Below are positions 1 to 8,908 of a DNA stretch of 64,000 nt, piece after piece. Origin of the DNA: Acidobacteriota bacterium (lineage in GTDB: Bacteria > Acidobacteriota > Thermoanaerobaculia > Multivoradales > Multivoraceae); NCBI GenBank assembly GCA_011525365.1, contig WTGQ01000002.1, forward strand, positions 2,993,948 through 3,057,947, read 5' to 3'. The notes below the pieces were generated by a model. The model was not told the origin of the DNA. It saw only the letters and a program-made list of their open reading frames with translations, and did no database searches. How positions within the stretch are numbered: position 1 is the first letter of the stretch; every line of letters begins with the position of its first letter. A program made the position numbers and the translations under genes.

Positions 1-216
1 GGCGACCTGAACGACCCCCGCTTCCACCACCGGATGAAGGGCGGCGGGGAGTACGCGGAACAGATCGGCAGACTGTTCGAGACCGTGCGCCGCCGGGTCG
101 GGCTCGGCGGCGGCGGAAACGGGCGCACCGGGAGCCCGTCGACGGCGGCGTTCCGGCGTCGCACGAACCAGCGGAGTCTCTTCGACGAAGCGACCGAGAC
201 GGAAGCGCATCCCTGA
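1..216 (+). CDS. 3' end of a CDS entering from upstream of the window; product not assignable
   Basis: Frame 1 is open from nt 1 to TGA 214-216 (...GDLNDPRFHHRMKGGGEYAEQIGRLFETV...QRSLFDEATETEAHP*). Only 71 codons are visible. Confidence 0.3.
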   Translation, partial: GDLNDPRFHHRMKGGGEYAEQIGRLFETVRRRVGLGGGGNGRTGSPSTAAFRRRTNQRSLFDEATETEAHP

Positions 217-240
217 AACCAAACGGGACCGGATGCGGGC

Positions 241-269
241 TTGGGCCGGCGGCGACTCGCTGCTACAAT
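241..269 (+). promoter_or_regulatory. Putative sigma70-type promoter for rpsD (TTGGGC-N17-TACAAT)
   Basis: TTGGGC at 241-246 and TACAAT at 264-269 with a 17-nt spacer. An AT-rich hexamer stands out in this GC-rich DNA. It would give a roughly 160-nt leader before the GTG at 434. Confidence 0.35.
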
Positions 270-433
270 CCGCGCTCCGCTGCAGGCGCCAGCCAGCCCC
301 GGCCAGGCGACCAGGGGCCACGACGCCGGTCGAACCGAACCATCGGGAAGAGAGATCGGCCCGGTGCCCGCGCGCGGATCGAGCGGCGGAAACCCCTAAG
401 ACATTCGGCACAGGACATTCGGAGATACACCAC

Positions 434-1027
434 GTGAAGTTCAACGGGCCCAAGGTCAAGCTCTCGCGCAAGCTGGGCATCCCACTGACGCCCAAGGCCG
501 CGCGCTACATGGAAAAGAAGGGCCATCCGCCGGGCATGCACGGGCTGAAGCGGCGGCGGCGCCAGAGCAACTACGGGCGCCAGCTCCTCGAGAAGCAACG
601 GCTGCGCTACCAGTACAACGTCAGCGAGCGTCAGCTCCGCAACTACTACAAGCGGGCATCGCGGATGAGGGGCGTGACCGGCGACAATCTGGTCGGCCTG
701 CTCGAGACCCGTCTCGACTCGGTCGTCCATCGGGCCTTCGCGCCCAGCGTGTTCGCCGCGCGCCAGTTCGTCGGCCACGGCCACATCCTGGTCAACGGCC
801 GGCGTGTCAACATACCGTCCTACGGCGTGAAGGAAGGCGACGTCGTCGAGGTGCGGGAGAAGAGCCGGAAACTCCGCTGCTTCAACGAGCCGCGCGGCGT
901 GACGGTCCCCACCTACGTGGAGACGGACGAAACCGGCTATCAGGCGACCCTGCGCAGCACACCCGTTCGGGACGAGGTTCCGATCGTCTGCGAAGTGCCG
1001 CTGGTCATCGAGTACTACTCCCGCTGA
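434..1027 (+). CDS. rpsD: 30S ribosomal protein S4
   Basis: VKFNGPKVKLSRKLGIPLTPKAARYMEKK...LDSVVHRAFAPSVFAARQFVGHGHILVNGRRVNIPSY is a full-length S4 with its S4 RNA-binding domain. GTG 434 is preceded by GGAG (421-424), giving 197 aa. The track ORF start at 233 adds a non-homologous Arg/Pro-rich extension. Confidence 0.95.
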   Translation: MKFNGPKVKLSRKLGIPLTPKAARYMEKKGHPPGMHGLKRRRRQSNYGRQLLEKQRLRYQYNVSERQLRNYYKRASRMRGVTGDNLVGLLETRLDSVVHRAFAPSVFAARQFVGHGHILVNGRRVNIPSYGVKEGDVVEVREKSRKLRCFNEPRGVTVPTYVETDETGYQATLRSTPVRDEVPIVCEVPLVIEYYSR

Positions 1028-1047
1028 CGGCGACGAGACGACGATCG

Positions 1048-1779
1048 ATGCGTCACCTGCGCGCCCGCGGCTCAGGCCCTGTCATCGCCGCCTGGGCGCT
1101 GGCCGCCGGCGTCCTGTTCGCCGGCAGTGCCGCCACCGCCGCGGACTTCAGCATCAGCGGCACGGTCACCTACGAAGGTGAATCGCTCAAGCGCTACCCG
1201 CTGCGCATGGACGCCGACCCGAACTGCGCCGCGATGTACGAAGGAAAGCGCGTCCTCTCGCGCGACAGCCTGGTCGGCGACGACGGCGCTGTTGAGAACG
1301 TCTTCGTCTATCTGCGGGAGGCGCCCGAAGGCGCCGCCGGCGACACGCCCGAGGAAGCCGTCCGGCTGGAGCAGCGTGGCTGCCTCTACACGCCGCGGAT
1401 CATCGGCGTCCGCGTGCAACAGGACATCGAGATCGTCAACGACGACCCGACTCTCCACAATGTCCGCGCCCTGGCCAAGGCGAACCGCCCGTTCAACATC
1501 GGCCAGCCCGCGCGCGGCACGAGGATCAAGTCCTTCAGGGCGCCCGAGAAGCCGATTCAGGTGAAGTGCGACGTCCATCCCTGGATGTCCGCCTATGTCT
1601 TCGTCCTGGAGCACTCCTTCCATTCCACTACCGGCAGCGACGGCAAGTACCGGATCGACGCGCTTCCCGCCGGCTCCTACGAACTCGTGTTCTGGCACGA
1701 GAAGCTCGGCGAACAGACGGTTGAAGTCGAAGTCACCGCCGACGTCGAGGGCCTGAACCTCACCTTCGAAGGCGAGTAA
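1048..1779 (+). CDS. Secreted cupredoxin-like protein with C-terminal CarboxypepD_reg-like beta-sandwich
   Basis: N-terminal signal peptide (AAWALAAGVLFAGSAATAADF). Type-1-copper-like ligand pattern: His in DPTLHNV and C-x2-H-x2-M in KCDVHPWM. The tail GKYRIDALPAGSYELVFWHEKLG is typical of the regulatory beta-sandwich. Confidence 0.7.
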   Translation: MRHLRARGSGPVIAAWALAAGVLFAGSAATAADFSISGTVTYEGESLKRYPLRMDADPNCAAMYEGKRVLSRDSLVGDDGAVENVFVYLREAPEGAAGDTPEEAVRLEQRGCLYTPRIIGVRVQQDIEIVNDDPTLHNVRALAKANRPFNIGQPARGTRIKSFRAPEKPIQVKCDVHPWMSAYVFVLEHSFHSTTGSDGKYRIDALPAGSYELVFWHEKLGEQTVEVEVTADVEGLNLTFEGE

Positions 1780-1818
1780 GGGCGAACAGGTGACGCCGCC
1801 CTTCCGCACCGTAGGTTG

Positions 1819-2223
1819 ATGCCCTACGGCGTCCGGAAGATCGGAGGCGTCGGTCCCGCAGTTGCCGCCAAACTGGCGAAGGCCGGAATCCGGACCACGG
1901 ACGGTCTCCTCGCCGCCTGCCGCGACCGCCGCGAACGCCGGCGCCTTTCGGAACGCACCGGACTTCCCGAGCGCCAGATCCAGAGGTTCGTCAACCGGGC
2001 CGACCTGATGCGCATTCGAGGCGTCGGCGCGGACTTCGCGGAGCTGCTCGTCGCCTCGGGCGTCCGTACCGTGCGGGACTTGAGCCGCCGCCGGGCATTG
2101 AACCTCGCGCTCAAGATGAGCGCCGTCAAGGCGGAAAAGAAGCTGAGCCGCCGCGCGCCGTCGGCGTCGATGGTCGAACGCTGGATCGCAGAGGCGAGGG
2201 AACTGAAGGCCTCGGCCGGCTGA
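1819..2223 (+). CDS. DUF4332 (helix-hairpin-helix) domain protein
   Basis: Repeated HhH-like segments: IGGVGPAVAAKLAKAGIRTTDGLL and IRGVGADFAELLVASGVRTVRDL. The start is ATG 1819 or the adjacent TTG 1816. Confidence 0.65.
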   Translation: MPYGVRKIGGVGPAVAAKLAKAGIRTTDGLLAACRDRRERRRLSERTGLPERQIQRFVNRADLMRIRGVGADFAELLVASGVRTVRDLSRRRALNLALKMSAVKAEKKLSRRAPSASMVERWIAEARELKASAG

Positions 2224-2235
2224 GACCGCTCACGC

Positions 2236-3483
2236 ATGCCTGCCCAGCGACCTCTCGGCATCGGTTTCGTCGGCAGCGGCTTCATCGCCCGCTTCCACAT
2301 CCGCTCCTGGACCGCCGTCCGGGGCGCCGACGTACGGGGCGTATGGAGCCCGAACCGCGAGAGCGCCGAGTCCGCGGCGGCGCTCGCCGCCGAACTCGAC
2401 GTCGGCGACGCCAGGGCCTACGAGTCGATCGCGGCGATGGTCGCGGACGAAGCCATCGACGCGATCTGGCTCTGCGGCCGCAACGACCATCGGATCGCCA
2501 ACATGGAGGAAATCGCGGAGACCGTCGCCAGCGGCCGCGGCCGCCTGGTCGGCATCGCCTGCGAGAAACCGCTCGCCCGCAACGCCGGCGAAGCGCTGCG
2601 GATGGTCGAGCTCGTGAACGAGATCGGCGTCCTGGACGGCTACCTCGAGAACCAGGTATTCAGCCCCGCGGTCGTCAGAGGCCGCGAGCTGGCCTGGGAG
2701 CGCGGCGCCCGGGCGGCCGGACGTCCGTACCTGGCGCGCGCCGCCGAGGAACACTCCGGCCCGCACAACGCCTGGTTCTGGCAAGGCGAACTCCAGGGCG
2801 GCGGTGTGCTGAACGACATGATGTGCCACTCGGTCGAGGCCGCGCGCTTCCTGCTCACCGAACCCGGCAAGCCGCGCAACAGCCTGACCCCGAAGCGTGT
2901 CCACGCCCAAATCCACTGCCTCAAATGGCAGCGTCCCGAGTACGCCCGCAAGCTGCGTGACCAGTACGGAGACACCGTCGACTACGTACGTCGACCGGCC
3001 GAGGACTTCGCCCGGGCGATGGTCGAGTACGAGGACGAGAGCGGCACGCCCCTGGTGGTCGAGGCGACGACCTCGTGGAGCTACGTGGGCGCCGGCCTGC
3101 GGCTGTCGATGGAACTGCTCGGGCCGGAGTATTCGATGCGGGCCAACAGCCTCGACACGGAACTCGAACTCTTCTTCAGCCGTGACCTCGAGCAGCACAC
3201 CGGCGAGGACCTGGTCGAGAAGCAGAACGCCGAGATGGGCCTCATGCCGGTGCTCCCGAACGAACCGGCCGCCTACGGTTACGACGCCGAGAACCGGCAC
3301 ATGGTGGAGAGCTTCCGGCGCGGGGAGCGGCCGCGGGAGACCTTCGAGGACGGCCTCGAGGTCACCCGCCTGCTGATGGCCGCCTACATGAGCGCCGAAC
3401 TCGGCCGGGCCGTCGACTACCCGCCCGAAGGCCTCGACGAGTTCGTCCCCGCCGTCGCCCGCGGCGAGTGGAACCCAGCCTAG
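2236..3483 (+). CDS. Gfo/Idh/MocA family NAD(P)-dependent oxidoreductase
   Basis: N-terminal Rossmann motif GIGFVGSGFIARFHIRSW, a CEKPLA motif, and a length of 415 aa typical for the family. Confidence 0.9.
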   Translation: MPAQRPLGIGFVGSGFIARFHIRSWTAVRGADVRGVWSPNRESAESAAALAAELDVGDARAYESIAAMVADEAIDAIWLCGRNDHRIANMEEIAETVASGRGRLVGIACEKPLARNAGEALRMVELVNEIGVLDGYLENQVFSPAVVRGRELAWERGARAAGRPYLARAAEEHSGPHNAWFWQGELQGGGVLNDMMCHSVEAARFLLTEPGKPRNSLTPKRVHAQIHCLKWQRPEYARKLRDQYGDTVDYVRRPAEDFARAMVEYEDESGTPLVVEATTSWSYVGAGLRLSMELLGPEYSMRANSLDTELELFFSRDLEQHTGEDLVEKQNAEMGLMPVLPNEPAAYGYDAENRHMVESFRRGERPRETFEDGLEVTRLLMAAYMSAELGRAVDYPPEGLDEFVPAVARGEWNPA

Positions 3484-3486
3484 GCG

Positions 3487-4695
3487 CTAGTCCTCCACCT
3501 CGTAGTAGTCGACGAAGCCGATCATCATCTCGTCCGTCGTCTCACGTCCCCAGGAGACGTCCCGGGCCGGATCGGGGTTCAGCGGGTTGGCGCCGCTGTT
3601 GTCGTAGGTCGCCGTGCAGCGAAGCCGGGTCCCGGCGGGAAGCGGCCTGGGCTCGGCGAACCGGTAGGTCGTCTGCCAGTTGAAGTCGTAGCCGGTGACC
3701 AGGAGCAGAATCTCGGAGCGTCCGTCCGGGTACTCCGCCCGGAACTCGAACGTGTCGCCGCGCAGGTGCATGTGCGGCCTGAGCGACAGCAGGCGGGTGG
3801 CGCGCGGGAAGGTCAGCTCCGCTTCGAACCGGACGTCCCGCTCGTCCGCCGGAATCCACAGGAAGGGGGTCGAGCAGAGCGCGGTGAGCGATTCGTGGCG
3901 AGGCGGCTCGGCCGCCAGGACCAGGCCGATCCGGCTCCGGTCCGTCTCTTCCCTTCCGGTCGGCGTGTAGTGCATCTGGAAGTCGAGCACGGCGCCGGCC
4001 GGAAGCCGGCGGCCGACCCCCGGCGGCATGACGAGGGGGCCGGTGCCTGGCGCGTACCCGCCGAGATCCCCCGCCGTGCGCGGATCGCCGCCGCCGGGCA
4101 AGGGCGCCGCGCCCGCGGCCGGAAGCGCCTGCACGATGATGTGATGGACCACGGCCGGGTTGCCGGGCCGCGTCTCCGCCGCCTGGATCCAGACGTCCTC
4201 GGCCAGACCCGTTTCCACGCGGTAGCCGTGGTACGGGACCTCACCGGCCGCGGGTACCGTCACCTCTTCCGGCAGCTCGAAGACGAGATCGGGAACGCCG
4301 ATGCTCCAGTCGATTCTCCCGGATGATGCGGGCCGTTCTTCCCGCGCTGCCTCGAGCGAAGAGGCTCCAGGCAGGCTGCCGCCATCGATCCAGGCCAGCA
4401 GTTTCGCTCTCTCCGAAGCCGGCAGACGCCGGTCGTTCGCGAACTCGCCGTAGCGCGGGTCGGCGTGCCATGGAGGCATCGCCCCCGAGGCGACCGCCCG
4501 GCGGATCGAGGACGACCAGGCGCGCGCCTGCTCGAACGTCCGCAGCGCGAACGGCGCCGGACCACCCTCCGTGTGACAACCGGCGCAGCGGCTCCGGAAC
4601 ACCGGCGCTACCGCGTCGAAGTCGACAGCGGCCGCCGGCTGCGCGAGCGCCGCGAGGCCGAACCAGAGCGCGGCCGCGGCAGGCCCGGCGTTCAG
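3487..4695 (-). CDS. Haem-c (CxxCH) protein fused to a copper type II ascorbate-dependent-monooxygenase-like (PHM-like) beta-sandwich domain
   Basis: CAGCH motif followed by MPPWHADPRYGEFANDRRL, then HHIIV...MHYTP...HMHLRGD His-rich beta-sandwich motifs. The track starts at GTG 4602. The in-frame upstream 31 codons encode a signal-peptide-like stretch (NAGPAAAALWFGLAALAQPAAA) whose only start-like codon is CTG 4695-4693, overlapping the upstream stop (CTGA). The 5' end is therefore uncertain. Confidence 0.65.
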   Translation of the reverse strand: MNAGPAAAALWFGLAALAQPAAAVDFDAVAPVFRSRCAGCHTEGGPAPFALRTFEQARAWSSSIRRAVASGAMPPWHADPRYGEFANDRRLPASERAKLLAWIDGGSLPGASSLEAAREERPASSGRIDWSIGVPDLVFELPEEVTVPAAGEVPYHGYRVETGLAEDVWIQAAETRPGNPAVVHHIIVQALPAAGAAPLPGGGDPRTAGDLGGYAPGTGPLVMPPGVGRRLPAGAVLDFQMHYTPTGREETDRSRIGLVLAAEPPRHESLTALCSTPFLWIPADERDVRFEAELTFPRATRLLSLRPHMHLRGDTFEFRAEYPDGRSEILLLVTGYDFNWQTTYRFAEPRPLPAGTRLRCTATYDNSGANPLNPDPARDVSWGRETTDEMMIGFVDYYEVED

Positions 4696-6062
4696 GGCCC
4701 GCTCGCGCCGCCCGCCTGATTCGTGATCCGGTACAACTTGCTCCGGGTGCGGACGTAGAGGCTGCCGTCGGCGATCGCCGGCGTCGACATGGCCATCTCG
4801 TCGAGCGAGTTCTTGCCCACGACCTTGAACTCGTCGCCGGCCTCGATCACGAACGTGTCGCCGTCCTCGCTAAGCACGAAGACCTTGCCGTTGTAGGCCC
4901 AGGGCGACGCCGTGAAGGCGCCCGAGCCGCGTTCGATCCGCTGCTTGCCGTAGACCTCGGCGCCCGTCTTCGGATCGTGCGCGGTGAAGAAGCCCCGGTC
5001 GAGCAGGGTGTAGAAGCGGTCGCGGTAGATCAGCGGCGTCGGGTTGTAGGCGCCGGCCTGGGGCTGATACCAGACCACCCAGCGGTTGCTCTGCTGGTCC
5101 TTCTCCAGCGTGATGTCGCCTTCGGCGCCTGGCTTGATCGCGTAGACAGGACGGACCTGATCACCGATGTAGCCAGACGACACGTAGAGCAGGCCATACT
5201 TCGAGAACGGCTGCGGAATCGCGATGGACGACATGCCGCCGAAGTGCCACAGGAGATTCCCCTGCTCGTCGTACGAGCGCACCTGGTCGGTACCTGGCGT
5301 GATCACCTCCGTGCGGAGCTCGTTCTCCCACACGAAGGGCGTGGCCCAGTTGCTCCCCTCCTCGCGGGCGTCGCGCCACAGCTCCTCGCCGGTCGCCGCA
5401 TCGAGGGCCATCAGGAAGGACTGGTCCTCGTTGTCGTTCACGACGTAGAGCTGCCCGTTGTGTACGACCGGCGACGCCGCCGTCCCCCAACCGAATCGCG
5501 TCCGGACCACTTCGAAGCGCTGCTCCCAGAGCGGCTCGCCATCCAGCGTGAAGGCGAAGACGCCGACGTTGCCGAAGTAGGCGTAGATCCGCTCGCCGTC
5601 CGTGACCGGAGTCTCTGACGCGTAGGTGTTCTTCAGATGGCGCGGAAAGTCCGGCGCTCCGACCAGCACCTCCCGCTCCCAGCACTTCTCGCCGGTCTCC
5701 ACCTCGAAGCAGAAGACCGACCAGTGGTGCTGGTCGGCGGACGGTTGCATCCGGTTGCCACCAAGATAGAGACCCTTCTTCGGCTCCTCGACGTCTCCCT
5801 CGCTCCATACCGTGGTCACGTAGACGCGATCGCCCTGCACGATCGGCGAGGACCACCCCAGGCCCGGCACGTCGACGGCCCAGGCCACGTTCTCCGTCGT
5901 GCTCCAGGTCTCCGGCAGGCGTGGGTCGTCGTCGGCGACGCTCATCGCATCCGGGCCGCGGAAAGCCGGCCAGTTTTCGGTGGCCGGCGGCGCGGCGATG
6001 GCGGCGCCAGCGAAGATGAAGGCGGCTGCGGTCGCGGTCAATGCGAAGCGGAGTGTGCGCAT
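4692..6062 (-). CDS. PQQ-like beta-propeller repeat protein (BamB-like fold), secreted
   Basis: MRTLRFALTATAAAFIFAGAAIAAP signal peptide, then repeated propeller blades (GWSSPIVQGDRVYV, VVHNGQLYVVNDN, GLLYVSSGY, ADGSLYVRT). ATG 6062 is preceded by GGAG. The track ORF up to 6386 is an Arg/Gly-rich extension. Confidence 0.85.
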   Translation of the reverse strand: MRTLRFALTATAAAFIFAGAAIAAPPATENWPAFRGPDAMSVADDDPRLPETWSTTENVAWAVDVPGLGWSSPIVQGDRVYVTTVWSEGDVEEPKKGLYLGGNRMQPSADQHHWSVFCFEVETGEKCWEREVLVGAPDFPRHLKNTYASETPVTDGERIYAYFGNVGVFAFTLDGEPLWEQRFEVVRTRFGWGTAASPVVHNGQLYVVNDNEDQSFLMALDAATGEELWRDAREEGSNWATPFVWENELRTEVITPGTDQVRSYDEQGNLLWHFGGMSSIAIPQPFSKYGLLYVSSGYIGDQVRPVYAIKPGAEGDITLEKDQQSNRWVVWYQPQAGAYNPTPLIYRDRFYTLLDRGFFTAHDPKTGAEVYGKQRIERGSGAFTASPWAYNGKVFVLSEDGDTFVIEAGDEFKVVGKNSLDEMAMSTPAIADGSLYVRTRSKLYRITNQAGGASGP

Positions 6063-6103
6063 TCGGAATCTCCAGGTGGAGGTCGCTCGGGCTGGGAAAC
6101 TGC

Positions 6104-6640
6104 CTACGAAGTCGCGCGCGAGCTTAGCACCGGCGTAAGCACCAGCTGCCGTCCCGCCACCCGCCGTTCCAGGTCCAGCAACGCCTGCTTCGTCGGCAAA
6201 CCGCCGCCGAAGCCGGTCAGCCGGCCATCGCTGCCAATCACCCGATGGCAGGGCACAACGACCGGCAGCGGGTTGCGGCCGTTCGCGGCCCCCACGGCAC
6301 GCGAAGCCGTCGGCTTGCCGATCCGCGCCGCGAGCTCGCCGTACGAGATCGTTTCGCCGAACGGGATGCGCCGCAGTTCGGTCCATACGCGGCGCTGGAA
6401 CGCGGTGCCGTGAAGAGAAAGCGGCAGGTCGAAGTCCTGCCGCTCGCCGGCGAAGTACTCCCGGAGCTGCCGTTTCGCTTCGCCAAGCGCCGCAGGCAAT
6501 GCGCCACGGGAGTCCGTCCAGGCCGGGTCCGGTGATTCCGCCGCCCGGTTCGGCAACTCGATGCGAATGATCGAGTCTTCACCGCCCACCAGGCGGAGGG
6601 CTCCGATCGGCGTGTCGAAGGCGTGGTAGGTCGCGGTCAT
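6104..6640 (-). CDS. ogt: Methylated-DNA--protein-cysteine methyltransferase
   Basis: Active-site PCHRVIGSDGRLTGFGGGL and the upstream TAFQRRVWTELRRIPFGETISYGELA helix-turn-wing region. Confidence 0.9.
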   Translation of the reverse strand: MTATYHAFDTPIGALRLVGGEDSIIRIELPNRAAESPDPAWTDSRGALPAALGEAKRQLREYFAGERQDFDLPLSLHGTAFQRRVWTELRRIPFGETISYGELAARIGKPTASRAVGAANGRNPLPVVVPCHRVIGSDGRLTGFGGGLPTKQALLDLERRVAGRQLVLTPVLSSRATS

Positions 6641-6665
6641 CGGTCGGGGTCCGTTCGGGTTCAGC

Positions 6666-7679
6666 CTACCCGCCGCCGCCTCGACGCCATAACAGGATCG
6701 CGGCGTACGCGCGCACCGGTCGCCAGTTCTCGGCCATCGCCTCCAGTTCGACCGCGCCCGGCGGTTCGGTGGCGTTCACCGCCTTGCGCAGGCCCAGGTC
6801 GCTGGCCGGGAAGGCGTCGGCGTCGCCGAGCGCGCGCATGGCGACGTACTCGACCGTCCACGGGCCGACGCCCTTGATCGCGAGCAGCCGCTCGCGGACC
6901 TCCGCCGGCTCCGCGTCCAGGCGCAGGCGGCCGGCCGCCACCTCCGCGGCCATCGCCCGCAGCGCCTGCGCTCGGGACGCGGGCAGACCGATCGTCCGCA
7001 GGTCGAACGCGGCAACCCGCTCCGGCGACGGGAAGGTGCGCTCCAGACCGGGGGCACGCAGCGATTCCGGCAGCTCGGCGCCCAGCGCGGAAACCAGCCG
7101 CCCGGCCAGCGTGCGAGCGCCGGCCACCGAGATCTGCTGTCCCAGGACCGCCCGTACCGCGGTCTCGAAGCGGTCCCAAGCGCCCGGAATCCGCAAGCCG
7201 CCCGGGATCTGGCCGCCTGAAACCAGTTCGGGGGCACGGCCCAGGACGGAGTCAATGGCGTCAGGGTTCGCGTCGAGGTCGAACAGCCGCCGCACTCGGC
7301 GTTCGACCTCTTCCTCAAGATGCGATTCGAGCCGTCCACTCGCAGTGGCATGGACTTCCGCTCTCATGTGGAAGCGACTTGGGCTCGCCGCTTCGCGGCA
7401 TCGCGCTTGATGCCGGCGAGGGCGCCGGCGCACCCAGTGTGAGACGGAGCTGCCGAAATCGACGCGCAGGACGCCGAGCCGCGGACCGCCTTCCGGCGTA
7501 CCCGGCGACATTCGCGCTAGGTCGATCGTCCGGCAGTAGAGCAGGCGCTCCGTGTCGACGACCTCTACGCCCGGCAGCGCGCGAACCGCGAAGAACTCGA
7601 GCGGGCCCCGAGCGTCGAACGGCCGCCGGCAGGCCGCTTCAAGCGAGCAGACGACATGCGGCATCCGGGGCAAGAGCAT
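6666..7679 (-). CDS. alkA: DNA-3-methyladenine glycosylase II (AlkA, HhH-GPD family)
   Basis: AlkA_N-like start (PFDARGPLEFFAVRALPGVEVVD), HhH-GPD core (VLGQQISVAGARTLAGRL...LLAIKGVGPWTVEYVAMRALGDADAFPASD). ATG 7679 (MLLPRMPHVV). Lies 25 nt upstream of ogt on the same strand. The track ORF up to 8060 is an out-of-context extension that overlaps the divergent gene. Confidence 0.85.
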   Translation of the reverse strand: MLLPRMPHVVCSLEAACRRPFDARGPLEFFAVRALPGVEVVDTERLLYCRTIDLARMSPGTPEGGPRLGVLRVDFGSSVSHWVRRRPRRHQARCREAASPSRFHMRAEVHATASGRLESHLEEEVERRVRRLFDLDANPDAIDSVLGRAPELVSGGQIPGGLRIPGAWDRFETAVRAVLGQQISVAGARTLAGRLVSALGAELPESLRAPGLERTFPSPERVAAFDLRTIGLPASRAQALRAMAAEVAAGRLRLDAEPAEVRERLLAIKGVGPWTVEYVAMRALGDADAFPASDLGLRKAVNATEPPGAVELEAMAENWRPVRAYAAILLWRRGGGG

Positions 7680-7752
7680 AGTCGTCCGACGCGCTTGAGC
7701 CGCGATAGCCTTCGCCGCCGCTTGCCGCTTCAACCAACACCGGAATCGACTC

Positions 7753-8901
7753 ATGACCGAACTCCCCGCCGACGGCCTCGCCCTCCGTTCCACGATCCGC
7801 GCCGATGACGGTGGCGGCGGTACCGTCGAACTGGCGCTGGTCAGGGTCCCGGTGCCGGAACCCGGTCCGGACCAGGTCGTCATCCGGGTCGAGGCGTCGC
7901 CGATCAACCCGTCCGACCTGGGTGTCCTCTTCGGCCCCGCCGACGTCTCCACGGTCCGCGCGTCGGAGGGAGAACACGGCCCCGTGGTAGTCGCCGACCT
8001 CCCCAGGGGACTGGCGCGGCTGGTGGCCGGTCGCCTCGACCAGGCGATACCGACCGGCAACGAGGGCGCCGGCGTGGTCGTCGCCGCCGGTTCGTCGCCG
8101 GCCGCTCAGGCCCTGATCGGCCGCACGGTCGCCGTCCTCGGCGGCTCGATGTACGCGGAGTACCGGCTGGCCGAGGCCCGGCAGTGCCTGTCACTGCCCG
8201 AAGGCACGACGCCCGCGGAAGGCGCCTCCTGTTTCGTCAATCCTCTGACCGCCCTGGGCATGGTCGAGACGATGCGGCTCGAGGGCCACACGGCCCTGGT
8301 CCACACCGCCGCCGCCTCCAACCTCGGCCAGATGCTCCAGAAGATATGCACCGCGGACGGCGTGCCGCTGGTCAACGTCGTCCGCCGGCCGGAACACGAG
8401 GAACTCCTGCGCGGCATCGGCGCCACCCACGTCGTCAACTTGAGTACCGAGACCTTCATGGCCGACCTCGTCGCCGCGATCTCCGACACCGGCGCGACGC
8501 TCGGCTTCGACGCCACCGGCGGCGGCAAGCTGGCCGGCCAGATCCTCACCGCGATGGAGGCGGCGCTGTCCGCCAACGCCCCCGAGTACAGCCGCTACGG
8601 CTCGGTGACCCACAAGCAGGTCTACATCTACGGCGGGCTCGACCGCAGCCAGACTGTCCTGACCCGCAACTTCGGCATGGCCTGGGGGCTGGGCGGCTGG
8701 CTGCTGCCCCACTTCCTGCGCCGCATAGGTTACGAGGCCTCGGAACGCCTCCGGCAGCGGGTCGCCGCGGAGATCAGGACGACCTTCGCGTCGAGCTACG
8801 CGAAGACGATCACGCTGCGGCAGGCCCTCGATCCGGCGTCCATCGCGGTCTACGCCAAGCAGGCGACCGGCGAGAAGTACCTGGTGACGCCGCACGCCTA
8901 G
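7753..8901 (+). CDS. Medium-chain dehydrogenase/reductase (quinone oxidoreductase / enoyl-reductase-like)
   Basis: VVIRVEASPINPSD, GNEGAGVVVAAG, and nucleotide-binding HTAAASNLGQML. 382 aa. Confidence 0.85.
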   Translation: MTELPADGLALRSTIRADDGGGGTVELALVRVPVPEPGPDQVVIRVEASPINPSDLGVLFGPADVSTVRASEGEHGPVVVADLPRGLARLVAGRLDQAIPTGNEGAGVVVAAGSSPAAQALIGRTVAVLGGSMYAEYRLAEARQCLSLPEGTTPAEGASCFVNPLTALGMVETMRLEGHTALVHTAAASNLGQMLQKICTADGVPLVNVVRRPEHEELLRGIGATHVVNLSTETFMADLVAAISDTGATLGFDATGGGKLAGQILTAMEAALSANAPEYSRYGSVTHKQVYIYGGLDRSQTVLTRNFGMAWGLGGWLLPHFLRRIGYEASERLRQRVAAEIRTTFASSYAKTITLRQALDPASIAVYAKQATGEKYLVTPHA

Positions 8902-8908
8902 CGACGCC

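Noticed and set aside
233-433. N-terminal extensions implied by the longest-ORF calls (rpsD from 233, propeller gene to 6386, alkA to 8060, mltA to 16811, ABC ATPase to 28643, SDR to 32626, ppx to 54875, and others)
   Set aside because: Homology, signal peptides or lipoboxes, SD sequences and 1-4-nt stop/start overlaps all point to internal starts. The extensions are non-homologous and often overlap the neighbouring gene.
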